From positions 17,537 to 81,536 of the forward strand of contig JBHPDK010000001.1 of assembly GCA_042577965.1 (NCBI GenBank): a DNA stretch of 64,000 nucleotides, given 5' to 3'. Positions 59,908-64,000 of the stretch are shown here, in pieces. Each line of letters begins with the position of its first letter. The stretch's first letter is position 1. The position numbers were made by a program, and so were the translations under genes. Source of the stretch: Patescibacteria group bacterium. GTDB lineage: Bacteria > Patescibacteriota > Gracilibacteria > UBA1369 > PNNO01. Below the pieces are notes generated by a model, which had not been told where the DNA came from, did no database searches, and saw only the letters and a program-made list of their open reading frames with translations.

Positions 59908-61170
59908 ATGATAAATTTTAATGAAATAAAATTAGTATTCGATCTTGCAATCCAAGGCCTAAAAACAAATAAAGGCCGAACTATATTAACTACGCTTGGT
60001 ATAGTAATAGGAATTGCAACAATAGTAATAGTTTTATCTGCTGGTCGTGCTTTAGAAACTTTTGTTTTAGATGAGATTGAAACATTTGGAGCAGACACAA
60101 TTGAAATAGAAATTAAAATCCCTAATGTTTCTGATTTTGAAATGGTATCGAGCATGGTAGGCGGAGCAGAAGTTACAACTTTAAAAATTGAAGATTTTGA
60201 GGCTGTAAAACGGCTTGAAAATGTTGATGATTATTATGCTGGAATCTTAGGACAATTTAAGAGCGTTTATAAAAACAATGTGAAAAGAGCCTTTATTTTC
60301 GGTGCAACTCCTTCAATGTTTGAAATTGACAAAGATTTAAAAGTTGAAAAAGGTAGATTTTATAATGAGCGAGAAGATAAATCTCAAGCACAGGTGGTTG
60401 TTCTAGGGCCCGAAGTAGCAGATGATTTATTTAATGGAGAAGATCCAATTGGTAAATCAATAAAAATAAACCGAATGAGCTTTAAAGTTATTGGCGTTAC
60501 AGAGGCAAGAGGTTCATATGCCTATTTTAATTGGGATAAAATGATTTATATGCCTCTTCGAACAACTCAAAGAAAACTTCTGGGTATTGATCATGTTATA
60601 TATGGATTTGTTACTGTTTATGATACAGAAAGAACAGCTGAAACAGTGCAGGATATGACAAATATAATGAGTCAAAGACACAGTGTTCTACCTGATGATA
60701 TAGATAAACACGACTTTAGAGTAGTAAGCATGAAGGAAGCTATGGATATTATTGGAACTGTTACCTTTGGAATGACTTTACTTGTACTGGCTATTGCTGG
60801 TATTTCTTTAATTGTTGGAGGTGTTGGAATTGTGAATATTATGTATTTGAGTGTATTAGAAAGGACTCGTGAAATTGGCCTAAGAAAAGCCATTGGAGCA
60901 CCTAACTCAATAATAAAAGCCCAGTTTTTAACTGAAGCTATTGTTATTACCGGTGTTGGAGGAATTATTGGTATTATTATTGGGAGTGCGATTGTCTTTG
61001 CAATTGGCATTGGTGCCAGACTTCAGGGTTTTGATTTTGGATTAACAATTACTCTTGATTCAATACTTGTTTCATTTGGTGCAGCAATTGTTTTTGGGAT
61101 TTTATTTGGACTCTACCCTGCCCGAAAAGCCGCAGGCCTAAAACCTGTGGATGCACTTAGGTGGGAATAA
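59908..61170 (+). CDS. second ABC transporter permease, MacB_PCD + FtsX type
   Basis: Same architecture (ERTREIGLRKAIGA). Paralogous to the preceding gene. Confidence 0.9.
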   Translation: MINFNEIKLVFDLAIQGLKTNKGRTILTTLGIVIGIATIVIVLSAGRALETFVLDEIETFGADTIEIEIKIPNVSDFEMVSSMVGGAEVTTLKIEDFEAVKRLENVDDYYAGILGQFKSVYKNNVKRAFIFGATPSMFEIDKDLKVEKGRFYNEREDKSQAQVVVLGPEVADDLFNGEDPIGKSIKINRMSFKVIGVTEARGSYAYFNWDKMIYMPLRTTQRKLLGIDHVIYGFVTVYDTERTAETVQDMTNIMSQRHSVLPDDIDKHDFRVVSMKEAMDIIGTVTFGMTLLVLAIAGISLIVGGVGIVNIMYLSVLERTREIGLRKAIGAPNSIIKAQFLTEAIVITGVGGIIGIIIGSAIVFAIGIGARLQGFDFGLTITLDSILVSFGAAIVFGILFGLYPARKAAGLKPVDALRWE

Positions 61171-61284
61171 ATCCGCTCCGCGCACTTTATACGCTACGCC
61201 TCTCGGCCTTTGGCCTCGAGATTAATTCTCTTCCTACTCGTTGAGTCCCTTAAAAGGGCCTCACTCGTAGCAAGTAGAATTGAA
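61171..61284 (-). repeat. GC-rich hairpin element, tRNA-Ile 3' flank
   Basis: Minus strand reads ...CTACGAGTGAGGCCCTTTTAAGGGACTCAACGAGTAG...CTCGAGGCCAAAGGCCGAGAG...AAAGTGCGCGGAGC. Shares AAAGTGCGCGGAGC and GAGTGAG with the tRNA-Leu flank. Confidence 0.7.
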
Positions 61285-61361
61285 TGGTGGGCTTGCGTGG
61301 ACTTGAACCACGGACCTCGTCGTTATCAGCGACGCGCTCTAACCAGCTGAGCTACAAGCCC
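61285..61361 (-). tRNA. tRNA-Ile (anticodon GAT), CCA encoded
   Basis: GGGCTTGTAGCTCAGCTGGTTAGAGCGCGTCGCTGATAACGACGAGGTCCGTGGTTCAAGTCCACGCAAGCCCACCA. Confidence 0.93.
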
Positions 61362-61428
61362 ATAATAATTTCTAATCAGCCAGATCATTTTGCCAAATAA
61401 ATATGTTATTTGCAAGTGGATTTTGATT

Positions 61429-63393
61429 ATGTATTATGTATCTATGAAACTTATTTCAATATTCAAAAAAGAAAAGCAGATTATCTATATTTCGCTTATT
61501 TTAGCCTTATGGGCGCTTGTTATATTTGTTAAATATGGAGGCCAAAGCCTTTTAATACACTATTTGTGGCCTTTTATTATTGCTGGCAGTGTTATTCTTC
61601 TTTTTAATAAAAAATGGCTTAAAAATAAAGTTAGTTGGATTCATATTTTGGCAATTCTTGGACTTGGTGCTTTTTTATTAACTTTTGTGTTCGATCTATC
61701 CCCTTCTAATGGCTCACTTGAGCTAATAAATGTAGGTTTTGGTATTTTGTTGGCAATTACTCTAAGTAATATTAAATGGGAAGAAAAAACATTCAAGTGG
61801 CTTTTTGCAGGCATTATTTTAGTTGTATGTTTACTGGATATCTGGGGAATTATTTCGTATGCTAGCGGACATCCTTTTAATAGATTAGTTGGACCTTTAA
61901 TTAAGCCAAACGAGGCTTTTTCAGGCTTTCCAAATTTAGCTGCGAATCTTAATTTATTGGCTTTATTGCCTGCTTTTTACTTTTTTACTAATGCAAAATA
62001 TAAATCTAAATTACTGTCTTTAAGTGTGATTGTGGCGAATGTAATAATTGTAACAAGTTTGATATTAACCTATTCAAGAGCAGCCTGGTTTGCGGCAATA
62101 GCTGTTTTTGGCATATCGATTGTTGTTTTAGGAGTTAAATTTTGGAAAAATCGTAAAATAATAATTAAATATGTACTAAGTACTGCTTTAATCCTACTAC
62201 TGAGTATTGCTTTATTTATAGGGATAAACAACCTGCGTTCATACAATGAAAGTACTATAGCTGTAGGTGAAAAAATTGCTTTTCAGTCAGAAGATGAAGG
62301 CAGTTCAGTAAGTGAAAGAATTGCATCAGTTGAAAGAAGTGTGAAAATGGCCATTGATCATCCATTAACTGGAGTTGGAGCTGGAAGCTTTAATTATGTC
62401 TCGCAAAGCTTTGAACAAAAATTTTATACACTTTCAAGCTATCCATACAGCTTACCATTCAAACTATTAGCTGAACATGGTTTTATTGCCTTTTCATTAA
62501 TATTGATATGGATAGTCGGCTTGCTAATATTGGCTTTAAATAAACCTTCAGAGTACAAATTAATTGCAGTATTAACGGCTATACTTTTATTCATACATCA
62601 TTGTATGGATAACAATTTTGACTTTTTTGCAGCAAGCTTTCCCCTCTTTTTATTACTTGGAATGGCATGGCCGGAATTAAAAACTAAATCATTAATAAAG
62701 AACTTTTGGGTAGTATCAATGATAGTAATTTTAACAATTTCAGGCATACTATTTGTGGGTCACGAGGCTTATTATGGCATGTACTATATCAAAGGAAGAA
62801 ACGCAGCAGGATCAGAAAATCACGAACAAGGAGTTATAAATTATGAGAAGTCATTTAATTTGATATTTAATAGAGATGCAAGATTAGCTGCAGCTAATAG
62901 CTCATACGAATTGTACAAAACTTTTGATCAAGAAAAATACCTTGAACAAGCCAAAAAATATGCTACAGACTATTTAATTTATGACAATCCATTAGATAAA
63001 CGCGCAGCTCTTTATATGGCTAAATTCTATTCTGAACAAAATGTTTATTCTAGATGTGGAATTTTCGTGGAATTAGCGCGAAAACATGGTGGCCAAAATG
63101 ACTTCGAAACTGACTATTTTGAGCTCCTTTGTACAAATGATTTGATCAAAAAACAGGAGTTAATAGAAAATCTCATTCCAAAGCTTGAAAATTATTATGA
63201 ATTACTAAAAGTTAATACCCATATGACTGTGCTTACGGATAATCCTAAATTTGCAGTTAAAATACTTAATTTGATTTCTGATGAGTTCCCTCAGTATCTC
63301 CCATTCTTTTACGATATGCAGAAATTAGCTATTCTAGAAACAGAAAAATTCCATAATAAATATGGAATAGAAGCGGAAATTGAGTTTGAATAA
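61429..63393 (+). CDS. O-antigen ligase-like (Wzy_C) membrane protein with a soluble helical C-terminal domain
   Basis: Many TM helices and YSRAAWFAAIAVFG. C-terminal roughly 200-aa helical-repeat-like region. The start is ambiguous (61429 or 61444). Confidence 0.78.
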   Translation: MYYVSMKLISIFKKEKQIIYISLILALWALVIFVKYGGQSLLIHYLWPFIIAGSVILLFNKKWLKNKVSWIHILAILGLGAFLLTFVFDLSPSNGSLELINVGFGILLAITLSNIKWEEKTFKWLFAGIILVVCLLDIWGIISYASGHPFNRLVGPLIKPNEAFSGFPNLAANLNLLALLPAFYFFTNAKYKSKLLSLSVIVANVIIVTSLILTYSRAAWFAAIAVFGISIVVLGVKFWKNRKIIIKYVLSTALILLLSIALFIGINNLRSYNESTIAVGEKIAFQSEDEGSSVSERIASVERSVKMAIDHPLTGVGAGSFNYVSQSFEQKFYTLSSYPYSLPFKLLAEHGFIAFSLILIWIVGLLILALNKPSEYKLIAVLTAILLFIHHCMDNNFDFFAASFPLFLLLGMAWPELKTKSLIKNFWVVSMIVILTISGILFVGHEAYYGMYYIKGRNAAGSENHEQGVINYEKSFNLIFNRDARLAAANSSYELYKTFDQEKYLEQAKKYATDYLIYDNPLDKRAALYMAKFYSEQNVYSRCGIFVELARKHGGQNDFETDYFELLCTNDLIKKQELIENLIPKLENYYELLKVNTHMTVLTDNPKFAVKILNLISDEFPQYLPFFYDMQKLAILETEKFHNKYGIEAEIEFE

Positions 63394-63816
63394 CTATAAT
63401 CCAAAAAAGAATTTTTTCGCTTCCAATGCATGAGCTAATAATTCATCTTCACCCATATGCGATAATCGATCGATCATCTTTTCAATTTCATTAAAACGTG
63501 GTGATAAATCAATCTCTGTACCCACATCCTGAGCATCTATCTCCTTTAGTCTTTTTTTATATAACAAATTTATCAAAATTAAATTAATTCTTATTTCTCT
63601 AGTTTCACCTTCAATTTCAAAAGTATGTATTACCTTAAATGGCTTAAACCTTTTGTCTATTTTAAGTGCATATTCAGATAGATAACTACTAATTGCTTCA
63701 GTCAATACATAAATATGAAGCCGAATTGTTTCAGCTTCATCGGGGCCTTCTTCATGGCCTCTTAAATGTTCTTCATATTCAACATCAACCTCATCTGTCT
63801 CAATGTTATTTCTCAT
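63394..63816 (-). CDS. hypothetical acidic protein (140 aa)
   Basis: ORF only. Confidence 0.5.
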   Translation of the reverse strand: MRNNIETDEVDVEYEEHLRGHEEGPDEAETIRLHIYVLTEAISSYLSEYALKIDKRFKPFKVIHTFEIEGETREIRINLILINLLYKKRLKEIDAQDVGTEIDLSPRFNEIEKMIDRLSHMGEDELLAHALEAKKFFFGL

Positions 63817-63863
63817 AAAATATTTATGTCAAATCAAGTGTAGCATCAAAAATTAAAATTCTT

Positions 63864-63940
63864 TGGTGGAGCTAAAGGGATTCGAACCCTTGACCTCCTC
63901 GGTGCAAGCGAGGCGCTCTAGCCAACTGAGCTATAGCCCC
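63864..63940 (-). tRNA. tRNA-Ala (anticodon TGC), CCA encoded
   Basis: GGGGCTATAGCTCAGTTGGCTAGAGCGCCTCGCTTGCACCGAGG...TAGCTCCACCA, with the G3:U70 identity pair. Confidence 0.94.
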
Positions 63941-64000
63941 AAATTGTTTTTATTCTTCGTGTTCTGAATGTTCGGTTTGTTCATGTTTCATTTCTTCTTT

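Noticed and set aside
63950-64000. 3' end of a minus-strand CDS (…KEEMKHEQTEHSEHEE*) at the window edge
   Set aside because: Only 16 codons are visible, too short to call or name.

Overview
Low-GC, very tightly packed bacterial chromosome segment. Hand counts on individual 60-nt lines give about one third G+C. Convergent genes often overlap by 4-32 nt. The standard genetic code applies: ileS ends at TGA at the expected length. Gene content and style fit a reduced-genome, CPR/Patescibacteria-like organism, but no 16S is present to confirm this.

Housekeeping genes recognisable from the translations: gatB, coaE, fmt, ssb, ribE-ribH, pgk, rplI-ruvX, secG, ileS (with a T-box leader), purB-purE-purC and purA, 5-formyl-THF cyclo-ligase, glyA and lepA. 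RNA genes: a 23S-5S rRNA unit with no adjacent 16S, and four CCA-encoding tRNAs (Leu-GAG, Val-UAC, Ile-GAU, Ala-UGC). Envelope functions: GT26 and GT2 glycosyltransferases, two Wzy_C/O-antigen-ligase-like proteins, three orphan solute-binding proteins, a parvulin lipoprotein, an HtrA-like protein, and a HlyD + ABC ATPase + two FtsX-permease exporter.

Unusual content:
1. Dispersed type-IV-secretion-like parts. These are a VirD4/TraD-like ATPase, a PrgI/VirB3-like protein followed by a short VirB4-N-terminal-like ORF that stops at the rRNA unit, and a signal-less putative NlpC/P60 + SLT wall hydrolase.
2. A strong-promoter operon encoding a 1240-aa lysine-rich repeat protein, directly downstream of the VirD4-like gene.
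3. A roughly 1.1-kb GC-rich, foreign-codon island encoding a secreted coiled-coil protein, between ileS and purB.
4. Several cysteine-rich proteins: 543 aa with 39 Cys, 217 aa secreted, and a 77-aa precursor.
5. A family of GC-rich hairpin repeats clustered at tRNA genes.

No CRISPR array, transposase, integrase or reverse transcriptase was seen.
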